Source of the DNA: Candidatus Latescibacterota bacterium
GTDB taxonomy: Bacteria; Latescibacterota; UBA2968; GCA-2709665
Length of the DNA: 64,000 nt
Assembly: GCA_965226795.1 (NCBI GenBank)
Contig: CBDDDZ010000004.1
Span: 800,001 to 864,000, forward strand
Direction of reading: 5' to 3'
The notes below the pieces were generated by a model. That model was not told the origin of the DNA and ran no database searches. It was given only the letters and a program-made list of their open reading frames with translations. Positions 50,828 through 60,598 of this stretch are shown piece after piece (position 1 is the stretch's first letter; each line of letters opens with the position of its first letter). A program made the position numbers and the translations under genes.

Positions 50828-51670
50828 ATGAGTCTGGATATCGAAAGATGGCTCCGCCGGCCCAAGATCGACGTGCACTGCCACGTCTGGAACCTGGGGA
50901 ACGAGGCGGACGAGGCGACCTCCGCCGAGCAGTTGATCTCGGCGGGAGAGATGCTGGGTATAACCGAATACTGGTGTTCTTCGCCCATTACGGGTGGCCG
51001 GCTTGCAAGTATTGAAGAAGTGCGCGCGGAGAACGACGCGGTGTTGCGGGCCATGCAGCGCTTTCCCGAACATATCAGGGGCATGTGTTTTGTGATTCCC
51101 GGGCACTACCGGCAGGCGGTGGACGAGGTGGACCGGTGTCTCGACGCAGGGATGATCGGCGTCAAACTCTACAACCAGTACCGGATCAACGACCCGGCGG
51201 TGTTTCCGGTTATCGAACGGGTGATCGAGCGCAAGGTGCCTCTCCTGGAGCACGCGGGTTTCGTGTGCGGCAGGGAATTCCTGGATCAACAGCCGCTGAT
51301 TTCCGATGGACGTCATTTCGCGGAAATGAACCGGTTGTATCCGGAGGCGATGGCCATCCACGCCCACATCGGCGGCGGAGGCGACTGGGAAAACACGATT
51401 CGCGCGATGCGAAACACGTCGCCCAACCTGGTCTGCGACGTGAGCGGCAGCAATCTGGACGATGGACAGGTCGAACTCGCCGTGGCCGAAATGGGGCCCC
51501 ACCGGGTGTTGTTCGGCACGGACGGAACCATGACCGGCAGCGTGGGGAAGGTCATCGACGCAACACTGACGGACGAGGAAAAGGACCTGATTTTCTGGGG
51601 CAACGCGGAGCGGATTCTGGCCGCTCAAGGCGCGGCGCCGATCTTGACGAAGAAGGAGGCCGTGGCATGA
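50828..51670 (+). CDS. Amidohydrolase_2 family protein
   Basis: IDVHCH, GVKLY, LLEHAG, AHIGGGGD, VLFGTD. Confidence 0.9.
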   Translation: MSLDIERWLRRPKIDVHCHVWNLGNEADEATSAEQLISAGEMLGITEYWCSSPITGGRLASIEEVRAENDAVLRAMQRFPEHIRGMCFVIPGHYRQAVDEVDRCLDAGMIGVKLYNQYRINDPAVFPVIERVIERKVPLLEHAGFVCGREFLDQQPLISDGRHFAEMNRLYPEAMAIHAHIGGGGDWENTIRAMRNTSPNLVCDVSGSNLDDGQVELAVAEMGPHRVLFGTDGTMTGSVGKVIDATLTDEEKDLIFWGNAERILAAQGAAPILTKKEAVA

Positions 51671-52464
51671 GGTACGTCGATATCAATGCGTGGTTGGGTT
51701 CCTGGCCTTTTCGGGGTTTGCGGGACAATACACCTGAAACACTCATCCGTCGGCTGGACCGGGCCGGTATCGGGACGGCCGCCGTATCCCGGATCGAGGC
51801 GATATTGCACCGGAGCGTACAACCGGCTAACGAACGCCTGTCGGAGGACCTGGAGGGGTTTACCGACCGATTGATTGCCATGGCGACAATCAATGCGGCC
51901 GATCCGAACTGGGAGGGCGACCTGCGCCGGTGTCACGAAGACCTGGGAATGCGAGGCGCGCGGCTGTTCCCGCAATATCACGATTTCGCCGTGGACGGAC
52001 CCGAGGCCCGCAAGGTCGTTGCGGCATGCACCGAGCGGGGGCTTCCGGTGTTCATCCCGCATCGGATCGAGGACGTCCGGCAGAGGCACTGGATGGACCC
52101 CGGGCGGATGGTGGACCTCAATGGCGTGGCGAATCTGATTGCCGCGGCCTCCGGGGCGACAATCGTGATACCGAATGCGCGAGGGATTTCAAGTTCCGCC
52201 GTGTGGCAGCGAAAAGAGATTCGAGACCGGGAATGGTATTTCGACCTGTCCCTGGCGGAAGTACACTACTCCTTGAGTCGAAACGTTAATCAGATGGGCG
52301 ATCTGTCGGACTTTATCGAACAGGGCGGCGCGGACCACCTGGTGTTTGGCACGCACGCTCCGTTCTCCTATCCCTCGGCCGCGAGGGTCAAGTGCGCGGT
52401 GTTGCCCGTGAACGAGGAAACGCTGGAGGAAATCTGTTACAGACGAGCGGAACGGATGTTGTAA
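51667..52464 (+). CDS. Amidohydrolase-fold protein lacking most metal ligands
   Basis: VDINAWLGSWPFR, RLFPQYH, LVFGTHAPF; ATGA overlap with the previous gene. Confidence 0.85.
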   Translation: MRYVDINAWLGSWPFRGLRDNTPETLIRRLDRAGIGTAAVSRIEAILHRSVQPANERLSEDLEGFTDRLIAMATINAADPNWEGDLRRCHEDLGMRGARLFPQYHDFAVDGPEARKVVAACTERGLPVFIPHRIEDVRQRHWMDPGRMVDLNGVANLIAAASGATIVIPNARGISSSAVWQRKEIRDREWYFDLSLAEVHYSLSRNVNQMGDLSDFIEQGGADHLVFGTHAPFSYPSAARVKCAVLPVNEETLEEICYRRAERML

Positions 52465-52494
52465 ACCATTTTATATTGTAGAGGGCGATGAAGC

Positions 52495-54909
52495 ATGGTC
52501 ACTGTCGATATGATAACCAGGCTGGAGGGTGCGTGCATACCCGCCGTGGAGACGCCAATGAGCCGGCGTTATCTGAGGATGGCGCAGAAGTGGCTTCCAA
52601 CCGCGCTGAGCTATTTTGAGGATTGGGGAGAACGCCCGCGTTGCGGGCATTTTTTCGGTGGGGTCCATTGGTACGGTATAGAGACGGCGGTCCCGCTGCA
52701 CGCCCTGGCCGCGGTGAGCACCTCGCCGGAGTACGATGAAAACACCACGGGATTGTCAATTGACAACCTCCGGGAGGTCGTCATCAAGGCGATCAGGTAC
52801 CTGTGTTTCACGCACGATACGGGCCCCGAGGAATGCCTGCGTCCGTCCACGGGGCTGGGAATGCCGAGGTCCTGGGGCACCAAGTGGGGGGAAAGGGGCC
52901 GGGGGTTTTTTCCGGAAAGCCAGTGCGGCGGGACCATTGCGAATATGACCGCAGCGGCGCTGATGTTGCAGCCGTACGTGGACCACGAAACCCGGATGAT
53001 GCTGGCGGAAATCTGCTTTGACTATCTCGAACGGTTTGGAGAAATGGCCCCAAAGAGCGGCGTCTACGCGGATACGCAAATGGAGGAGAACGCGTGGACG
53101 GCGCACGGCCTGGCGGCATGCTATCTGTTTCTGTCAGGACACGAGAAAGCGGAAGCGTGGGAAGCATGCGCCCGACGGTGGATGTTCTCGGCCTGCGCCG
53201 CCCCGCAGGACCGGTTCAACGAAGGGGCGCTGGAAACGGGGATGACGGCCGCAGCGCTGACCGGGAAGACGTTCACCACGCTACCGGACTACATGGCCGA
53301 GAACCACGGGATGGTCCACCCCGGTTACACCGCCTCCGGCGTGCAGTCGGTGGCCGGTCTTGGGTTGCTCTACCGCATGTACGGGCGGACCGAACCGCAG
53401 GAGGCCTACTGGAACCGTCAGCGGGTCTACGACGCGATCAAGCTGCTGACGGATGAGACGGGATCGGCGATGCCGACACAGGGGATGGACCGCCTTTATC
53501 TCGGGGAACAACACGCGTTGCACGCATCGGCCTATCTGTTTCTGAAGGATCCGGATGCCGGGTACTTCGAGGAGGTATCGCTGGCGCTCAGAGAGAAAAA
53601 GCAGGAAGGAAACGGAGGGCGGTTGATCGATCCCGAGGTTGCGGCCACGTGCCACGAGGTGGAAGATCCCATGTTGATCAAGGAGTCTGAGATGATCGGA
53701 GGGATCGTGAAACCCTACCTTCTGCACCGGTTGATGGATGGAGAGGCGCCGGCCCCGACACCCGAAGCGGAAATTGCAACCAAGTTCAACGGAGTCCGGC
53801 TTTTCCCGCATTCGGGATTCGTACATCATCGACACCAGAAGGGGCAGACGTCCTTTTCCTGGAGAAATTACATGATGGCGCTGCCGTTTACGCGCGACGG
53901 CGTACACACAGTGGGACCCAGCCGATGGAGTCTGCTGGCCAACGTCACGGTAAAGGAACGGCCGGGAAGCCACAATTTGCGCGTCATGTGGATCAATCGT
54001 AAAGACGACGGGTTTGCGGCGCTGATGGTGAACGACCGGGCCCAGGATACGATTCGCCAGCGCGTGCTGTGCTGCTCGCTTCCGGATGGACGCATGGTGT
54101 GCAGTGAACGACTCGAGGCGTTGCTGGATTGTGCGGTGGAGAGACTGGATCAGGGATTCATCAGAGTCGTCAATGAAAACTTCCCGCTGGTTGGCGGGGT
54201 GTGCGATGGAAAGCGTATTCTCTATCATCCGGACGGATCGGAGACGTTTCCCGGGTTTCCAAGCAATGACCCCGACGACGACGTCGTGTTTGATATGCAG
54301 GACCCGGGCTGGTTGAACGTGGACGATCAGCTGGGAATTGTGTTCCAGGGGACGGGCGGAACCCGCTATCTGAACCGTCACTATTTCCCGCCCTTCGCAT
54401 TCAGGGCGGTCGCCGACGATCTGTTCCTGAGCCTGGACGACACGGCGAAGGCATACCGCGCGGGCGAGCGGGTGGGCGCGCTCGCCTTGCTGATTTGTCC
54501 CGAGCAGTCGCACGAGGAAACGCCGGCCCAGTTCCTGACAATAGCCGAATCCTCGGAAGATACAGTCTGTCTGATTGTGGACGGATATCTGTGCGCCGGC
54601 AATTTCGGATCGAAGCGGAAGGTATGCGCGTTTGAGACCGGAGTCGGGAATCCGGTACCGGTTTTTGGAAGCACAACGCGCGTTACAGGACAGCGCGTCG
54701 AGTATGCCATGCCCATCGAGGGCGGAGAGGCCGTCTACGCGAGGGAAGTGATGAAGGTCCGGACCGATGGGGATATTCGGATCGAAGCGGTCCCTGCCGG
54801 CGGCGCGTATATCACCAATGAAGCGGGACGAAGCGTGGAGGCGAGTGTTCTGAAAGACGGGAGAGTACGGATCTTGCAGATCGAAGCGGAACAGGTGGTG
54901 CGCATTTGA
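52495..54909 (+). CDS. Hypothetical protein, 804 aa (paralog of 60599..63013)
   Basis: Long ORF sharing many motif blocks with its paralog. Confidence 0.88.
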   Translation: MVTVDMITRLEGACIPAVETPMSRRYLRMAQKWLPTALSYFEDWGERPRCGHFFGGVHWYGIETAVPLHALAAVSTSPEYDENTTGLSIDNLREVVIKAIRYLCFTHDTGPEECLRPSTGLGMPRSWGTKWGERGRGFFPESQCGGTIANMTAAALMLQPYVDHETRMMLAEICFDYLERFGEMAPKSGVYADTQMEENAWTAHGLAACYLFLSGHEKAEAWEACARRWMFSACAAPQDRFNEGALETGMTAAALTGKTFTTLPDYMAENHGMVHPGYTASGVQSVAGLGLLYRMYGRTEPQEAYWNRQRVYDAIKLLTDETGSAMPTQGMDRLYLGEQHALHASAYLFLKDPDAGYFEEVSLALREKKQEGNGGRLIDPEVAATCHEVEDPMLIKESEMIGGIVKPYLLHRLMDGEAPAPTPEAEIATKFNGVRLFPHSGFVHHRHQKGQTSFSWRNYMMALPFTRDGVHTVGPSRWSLLANVTVKERPGSHNLRVMWINRKDDGFAALMVNDRAQDTIRQRVLCCSLPDGRMVCSERLEALLDCAVERLDQGFIRVVNENFPLVGGVCDGKRILYHPDGSETFPGFPSNDPDDDVVFDMQDPGWLNVDDQLGIVFQGTGGTRYLNRHYFPPFAFRAVADDLFLSLDDTAKAYRAGERVGALALLICPEQSHEETPAQFLTIAESSEDTVCLIVDGYLCAGNFGSKRKVCAFETGVGNPVPVFGSTTRVTGQRVEYAMPIEGGEAVYAREVMKVRTDGDIRIEAVPAGGAYITNEAGRSVEASVLKDGRVRILQIEAEQVVRI

Positions 54910-54965
54910 CGTCAGGGATGGAATACCGGCAAGATGGTCGATGGTCCGTACCCACGGGTAAATGA

Positions 54966-56369
54966 ATGGGAAATTGTAAAATGCGGCTGGCGATCTGCGG
55001 AATCAGGCATGAAACGAACACATTCTCGGCATTACGGGCTGGAATCGAGGATTTTCACGTCTTGCGCGGGAACGAGATTCTGGCTGATGGACCCTGGCAG
55101 GCGTTTGACAACGTTGAATGGGCGCCGACGCTGGTTGCCAGGGCGCAGCCCCATGGGCTCGTTCTCCGGGACACGTACGAGTCGATGGCGGCCGAGTTGG
55201 TGGATCGTTTGCGTCGGGCATTGCCGGTGGACGGCGTGTACCTGGATTTGCACGGCGCAATGGAGGTGGAAGGCCTGGGCGACGGGGAACGCGACCTGGT
55301 TTGTCGGGTCCGTGGGACGGTCGGTGACGAAATTCCGATTGTCGCCAGTCTGGACCTGCACGCCAATCTTGCGCCTGAGGTCCTGGAAAAGACCAATGTG
55401 CTGACGGCGCTGAGGACCGCGCCCCACGTGGACCGGACCGAGACGCAAAGGCGGGCAATTGGACATCTCATCCGCTGTGTGAAAGAAAATATCCGGCCGG
55501 TGAATGCCATTGTAAGGCTGCCCATGCTGCTGCCTGGGGAACACGCGGCCACGGGGGTGGAGCCGGCGCGGTCCCTGTACACAGGACTTCAGGAGGTGGA
55601 ATCGCGTCCCGACGTTATCGACGCGTCGATTATGATCGGGTGCGCATGGACGGATTCGCCTTTTACGTCCGTCGCCACGATTGTGGTCTCGGAAAATCGT
55701 ACGGCAGCCGGGGAACACGCGGAACGCATGGCCGAGGAAATCTGGCGACAGCGTGAGCGATTTGCGCCGGATGCGCCGACGATGCCGGTCGAGGAAGCCG
55801 TGAGGAGTGCCGTCCGAGAGACCCGGCACCCCGTGTTTGTTTCCGACTCGGGAGATAACGTCACGGCCGGGGCGGCTGGTGACATTCCCCTGGTATTGAA
55901 AACATTGATTGAAGCAGGCGCCAGAGATGCGGTAGTCGCCGGAATTGCCGATCACGAGGCCGTGGCGCGATGTCTTGAAGCAGGTATCGGCGCTGAGTTG
56001 GCACTGGCCGTGGGTGGCAAACTCGACAGGGTCAACGGATTTCCTCTGGAGGTAACCGGCCGGGTGGTCTCGATGAATCCGCCGCGGATTGTCGTGTTCC
56101 AGGTGGGAGGCGTAAGGGTGGTTCTAACGGCCGACCGCATGCCGTTTTTGGATCTCCGGGCCTTTGAAATGGCGAACGTGAATCCCTCGGAACACGAGAT
56201 CGTGGTTGTGAAACATGGATATCTCGCGCCGGAACTGCGGGATATAGCCGGGACGGCGCTGATGGCGATCAGCCCGGGGTGTACGGCCCTGGCGCTGGAG
56301 ACGTTGCCCTATGAACGGATCCGGCGGCCTGTGTTTCCACTGGACGAGGACGTCGTATTCCGGACGTGA
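54966..56369 (+). CDS. M81 family metallopeptidase (MlrC-like)
   Basis: HETNTFS, DGVYLDLHGAM, LDLHANL, RTAPHVD, DSGDN..AG. Confidence 0.93.
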   Translation: MGNCKMRLAICGIRHETNTFSALRAGIEDFHVLRGNEILADGPWQAFDNVEWAPTLVARAQPHGLVLRDTYESMAAELVDRLRRALPVDGVYLDLHGAMEVEGLGDGERDLVCRVRGTVGDEIPIVASLDLHANLAPEVLEKTNVLTALRTAPHVDRTETQRRAIGHLIRCVKENIRPVNAIVRLPMLLPGEHAATGVEPARSLYTGLQEVESRPDVIDASIMIGCAWTDSPFTSVATIVVSENRTAAGEHAERMAEEIWRQRERFAPDAPTMPVEEAVRSAVRETRHPVFVSDSGDNVTAGAAGDIPLVLKTLIEAGARDAVVAGIADHEAVARCLEAGIGAELALAVGGKLDRVNGFPLEVTGRVVSMNPPRIVVFQVGGVRVVLTADRMPFLDLRAFEMANVNPSEHEIVVVKHGYLAPELRDIAGTALMAISPGCTALALETLPYERIRRPVFPLDEDVVFRT

Positions 56370-59086
56370 TGGAGCGGACGATCATGTTGATTTGTATGGT
56401 GGTAACCCTGTTTCTTCTGCTGTTTCTGATGCCGGACCGGCTTAACGCGGAACCGGTGTTTCGGCCTCAGGTCGACCAGGGTCACGTTGCGGGCCTTGAG
56501 GAAAACCTGGCGTCCGTAATAGCGCTGTCCGAAGAAGAACTGGTACGACTGATTCCGAACCGGTCCGGTTTTCGGTTTGTGGACTGTCCGAATTGCGAGG
56601 GAGGAGCGGAGGAGAATCAACTGTCGTGGTCGATCGAGGAACCCCACCGGGTTTTCTGCCAGTTCTGCAACATGCGGTTTCCAAACGAGATATACCCGGA
56701 AAACGGGGTACTTCGGGTGGCCAATCCGCGTGGCGAGGTCCAGGAGTATCCGTACTGGGAGGCGCCGTTCCCGCCGCCGGCGCAGTTGCCGGGACCGCTT
56801 TCTCATATCGAGCCCGACAAGAAGTACCGGCACTATTTCCGGGCAAAGGGATGGTACGTCGCCCGGATGTATTTTTCGGACGCGGCTTATCAACTCGGGA
56901 AGCTCTATTATCTCACGGGAAGACCGACATTCGCCCGCAGAGCGGCGCTGATTCTGGATCGCTTTGCTCAGGTTTATCCGGGGTATTGCGCCCGGTTCGA
57001 CGCGCCCTTCCGGACCAAGGTGGTATTCGAGGGAGACCACACGTTTCCCTATCCGGTGTCTCCGTATCTGGCGGCAAAGTGGGATTACTGGGCGTATGGG
57101 GATATACCGTCGAACTTGATCCTCGCCTACGACCTGATTCGGGAAAGTGGCCAGATAGACGACGAGATGCAACGGCGGATTGAGGATGATCTGATTCGCG
57201 GTAGTGTCGGGTTCGTACGGTCGTATCCGATTACACTCAGCAATATGGACCCGGCGATCCTTCGGGGACTGATTTCGGCGGGGCGGGTCCTTGCCGAGCC
57301 GGCGTACGTGCACGAATCGGTACAATGGATTGGCGATCTGATCCGGAAGCAGTTTTTCGTGGATGGAATGTGGCGGGAAGGGGCCGTCTCCTATCATAAT
57401 CAGACGGTGGAAGGCCTGGTGTCCGTCATGGACCTGTTGAAGGGATACAGTGATCCAAAGGGTTACTCAAATCCTGAAAGCGGCGCGCGTTACGACAACC
57501 TGGATCTCCTGGACAGCTTCCCGTTTTTTGAAAGGGCCAGACGGATTCCGGATCTCTTGCGATATCCGAACGGGCGCCTTGTCGCGGTGCACGATACGTG
57601 GGCCTGGCAGGAAAGGGCGCCAACGACGGAGACCGCTCCACATCTGCTGGCCGGCGTCGGACATGCCTGGCTGGGGCGGGGCAACGGCGCGTATCAGATG
57701 CAGGCGCACCTGCATTTTTCGGGCGCTTACGGACACGCCCATGCCGATTTGTTGAGCATTTCCCTGTTTTCACACGGGCAGGAGCGTCTGTCAGATATCG
57801 GCTATACCTGGACCCACCAGCGGCAGTGGGCGTCGAGTACGCTATCGCACAGCACCGTGGTCGTGAATGGCGAGGATCAGGCGCGGGGCAATGAAAACGA
57901 CCCTTCCGATGGCAACTTGCTGCTGTTTGTGCCGGGAAACAGTTGGTTTCAGGCGGTGGCTGCACAGGGCGATCGGGCGTATCCCGGGGTCGTAAGGGAT
58001 TACAGACGACTGCTGGTGATGATCGGCGTCTCGGCGCAGGATGCGTACGTGGTGGATGTGTTTCGTGTTGACGGGGGAGCGCGGCACGACTACGTGCTGG
58101 TGGGAGATGCGAATAACGATGGGTCTATCGAGACGGATCTGGATCGGTCGACCTATGGTGAGACACTGCTGCCGCCCGACGTGGAGGTCGTGTTTCCCAG
58201 CGGCGAGACCGTGCCGGGTTACGCGGAGGGACACAATTTCGTCTACGGTTACGTGCGGGACGTGAGCCGGGCTGAAGTCTCCGCGCCGTGGAACGTGGTC
58301 TTCACCAGCGAGGGCGAGCCGAAGGGTCGTATCCGTACCCACGGGGTCTCAGAGCCGGATGGGGAACTGCTCTTCGGGAGCATGCCGTCCGTTCGGCGTG
58401 CGGAAGAGAGCGAAGGCAGACTTGATGATTGCACCATGCCGGCATTGATCCATCGGCGGGAGGGGAAGGATCTCTCCAGTGTATTCGTGAATGTGCTGGA
58501 ACCGTATGGCGAAGCGCCTTTTATCCGCTCGGTGACGCGGCTGGGCAAAGATTCCGACGGCCTGGCGCTGAAAATTACAGGAGAGGATTATACGGACTAT
58601 CTGTTCTGTAACCCGGACGGTAAACGGATGGTTGTGGGAGACATGGCGCTGGATGGCCGGATCGGGTTTGTGCGTGAGCGCGACGGTGCCGTGGAGAGGA
58701 TGACCCTGGTGGGCGGGAGGCTGCTGCAAAAGGGAAACGTACACCTGTCGGGAGCGGGTATCATCAGGGGTACTGTCCTTGGCGTGTTGCGGAAGGAAAG
58801 TGGCGCCGATATGGACGGTCTGGTGGTGGACGGCAGCGTTCCCGAAGGCGATAGAATGAAGGGATTGACGGTTGTGGTTAAAGACGGTGCAGGGTTTACG
58901 CTGGGGCTCCGGTTGTCGGATGTCGTAAGACGGGACGGACGGACGGTGCTGGTGCTGGCGGACGATCCTGGATTCGAAATGGATCCGGATGGGACGAGCC
59001 GGCAAGTTTATTTCCCCCGGCGGTCCTGGGACGGAGAGAATCGATTTGAGATTATGGATGTGAGACACAGAATCGGATCGAAGTGA
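56366..59086 (+). CDS. Secreted heparinase II/III-family protein
   Basis: Signal peptide; DGMWREGAVSYH, YPNG, GHAHADLL, DIGY, TLSHSTVVVNG. Confidence 0.85.
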   Translation: MMERTIMLICMVVTLFLLLFLMPDRLNAEPVFRPQVDQGHVAGLEENLASVIALSEEELVRLIPNRSGFRFVDCPNCEGGAEENQLSWSIEEPHRVFCQFCNMRFPNEIYPENGVLRVANPRGEVQEYPYWEAPFPPPAQLPGPLSHIEPDKKYRHYFRAKGWYVARMYFSDAAYQLGKLYYLTGRPTFARRAALILDRFAQVYPGYCARFDAPFRTKVVFEGDHTFPYPVSPYLAAKWDYWAYGDIPSNLILAYDLIRESGQIDDEMQRRIEDDLIRGSVGFVRSYPITLSNMDPAILRGLISAGRVLAEPAYVHESVQWIGDLIRKQFFVDGMWREGAVSYHNQTVEGLVSVMDLLKGYSDPKGYSNPESGARYDNLDLLDSFPFFERARRIPDLLRYPNGRLVAVHDTWAWQERAPTTETAPHLLAGVGHAWLGRGNGAYQMQAHLHFSGAYGHAHADLLSISLFSHGQERLSDIGYTWTHQRQWASSTLSHSTVVVNGEDQARGNENDPSDGNLLLFVPGNSWFQAVAAQGDRAYPGVVRDYRRLLVMIGVSAQDAYVVDVFRVDGGARHDYVLVGDANNDGSIETDLDRSTYGETLLPPDVEVVFPSGETVPGYAEGHNFVYGYVRDVSRAEVSAPWNVVFTSEGEPKGRIRTHGVSEPDGELLFGSMPSVRRAEESEGRLDDCTMPALIHRREGKDLSSVFVNVLEPYGEAPFIRSVTRLGKDSDGLALKITGEDYTDYLFCNPDGKRMVVGDMALDGRIGFVRERDGAVERMTLVGGRLLQKGNVHLSGAGIIRGTVLGVLRKESGADMDGLVVDGSVPEGDRMKGLTVVVKDGAGFTLGLRLSDVVRRDGRTVLVLADDPGFEMDPDGTSRQVYFPRRSWDGENRFEIMDVRHRIGSK

Positions 59087-59234
59087 AAAAAAAAATCGAC
59101 CTGAACCGAACCTGGATTCGTCAAAGGTTGTCGAATGGACTTCGACCCGGGCAGGACGTTTTTTCAGTTAGAAACGCGATGGTGGACGAATTCATCTCAG
59201 GGAGTTCCTACCGGAGGTTTTAAAGGTCTTTGTA

Positions 59235-60509
59235 ATGGGCGCATTCGAAATAGACGTGACTCGGAACATCCATATTTCCGCACCCACGGGTGCCGCAGTG
59301 TACGCGACGCCGACGTACGCGCGGGCATTCGGTGTGAAAATGATCGAGGACGTGCAGTATGCGGCAATGCACGTCAAACCCGATGGGGCGCCGCATTATT
59401 ATGCAAAGCGGATTTACAGGAGACGTTCCCCGGATAACGGACAGACGTGGACCGACGCCGAGGAACTGCATCGGGCCGATCCTGATGACGTTTCGGAGGT
59501 ACAGCGTCACGACCTGGCGACAATTCTGAATCCGGCTGATGATATCCTGATTTATCTGTATATGACTCACGAAGTGGACCTCAACGAGGGTCCGTTTACG
59601 AGGGGAAACCGGATCCAGCGGACACAGCGGACCTATTACCGGTTGTCGCACGATGGCGGTTGCACGTGGACGGGCGCACGGCAGGTAATAGACGGACGGG
59701 AGCCGTATGACGAAACGAACTGGGCGCCCGGTGTGGTATACGGAGTGCAGGGGGCCCGCTCGAGCGGACAGTGGGTGTTTTTGCCGGATGGGACTCCGGT
59801 CATCGGGTTCGACGTCATGCAACCCGAGCAACCACCCGGTTTTCCGCCGGGGATATCGAGTTACTACATCAACACAATCTACGCACAGGCCCGTCTGGCC
59901 GCGGACAGACAGACGCTCAACTGGCGGTTCGGGGACACGATTGAGGTGGTGTACCCCAAATCGATGGTCGGATGTTGCGAAGCGGCGCTGGCCTGGTTGG
60001 GCGGCGAACGGCTGTTCAATACGATGCGGTGCCAGGGAAACGCGGCGCACGGCATTCATTCCATTCGATATACGACGATTTCTGAAGATGGAGGGATAAA
60101 CTGGACGGATCCTGCACCGCTGGTCTACGAGGACGGCGGAACGGTCTGGACGCCGGCGTCACCCCATCGGTTCTTCCTGTCGTCGAAGACCGGAAGAACA
60201 TACGTTCTGGCCAATATCCTCCCGGGTCCGGTTCACGGGCAGACCCCGAGGTATCCGTTGTCGATCGCCGAATTTGATACGGATCGCCTGTGCGTGTTGA
60301 GGGATACGGTACAGGTAATTCAAGATCTGCCCGAAGGCGCGCCAGAGTCCAGGCGATACACGAATTTCTCAATGTATGAAGAGCGGGGTTCCGGCGACCT
60401 GATCTTGCAGATGCCGGAGCAACCGAAAGACGTGGAATTTGAAGCGATGACCAAACCCGAGGATTTTACAGCGGACTGTATTCGGTTTCGCATTGAAATC
60501 AGCGGATAA
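59235..60509 (+). CDS. BNR/Asp-box (sialidase-like) beta-propeller protein
   Basis: Asp-boxes SPDNGQTW, SHDGGCTW, SEDGGINW. Confidence 0.82.
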   Translation: MGAFEIDVTRNIHISAPTGAAVYATPTYARAFGVKMIEDVQYAAMHVKPDGAPHYYAKRIYRRRSPDNGQTWTDAEELHRADPDDVSEVQRHDLATILNPADDILIYLYMTHEVDLNEGPFTRGNRIQRTQRTYYRLSHDGGCTWTGARQVIDGREPYDETNWAPGVVYGVQGARSSGQWVFLPDGTPVIGFDVMQPEQPPGFPPGISSYYINTIYAQARLAADRQTLNWRFGDTIEVVYPKSMVGCCEAALAWLGGERLFNTMRCQGNAAHGIHSIRYTTISEDGGINWTDPAPLVYEDGGTVWTPASPHRFFLSSKTGRTYVLANILPGPVHGQTPRYPLSIAEFDTDRLCVLRDTVQVIQDLPEGAPESRRYTNFSMYEERGSGDLILQMPEQPKDVEFEAMTKPEDFTADCIRFRIEISG

Positions 60510-60598
60510 CGCAGACCCTTGGGAGCAACCCCGAGGTGTCGACCGCCCACCAACGTGCGGCGCACCGCGGGTTCCGTGCAGTGACGGGGGAATACACA

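Noticed and set aside
51085..51666. 194-aa N-terminal extension of the second amidohydrolase
   Set aside because: Overlaps the first amidohydrolase out of frame; RBS and ATGA coupling support a start at 51667
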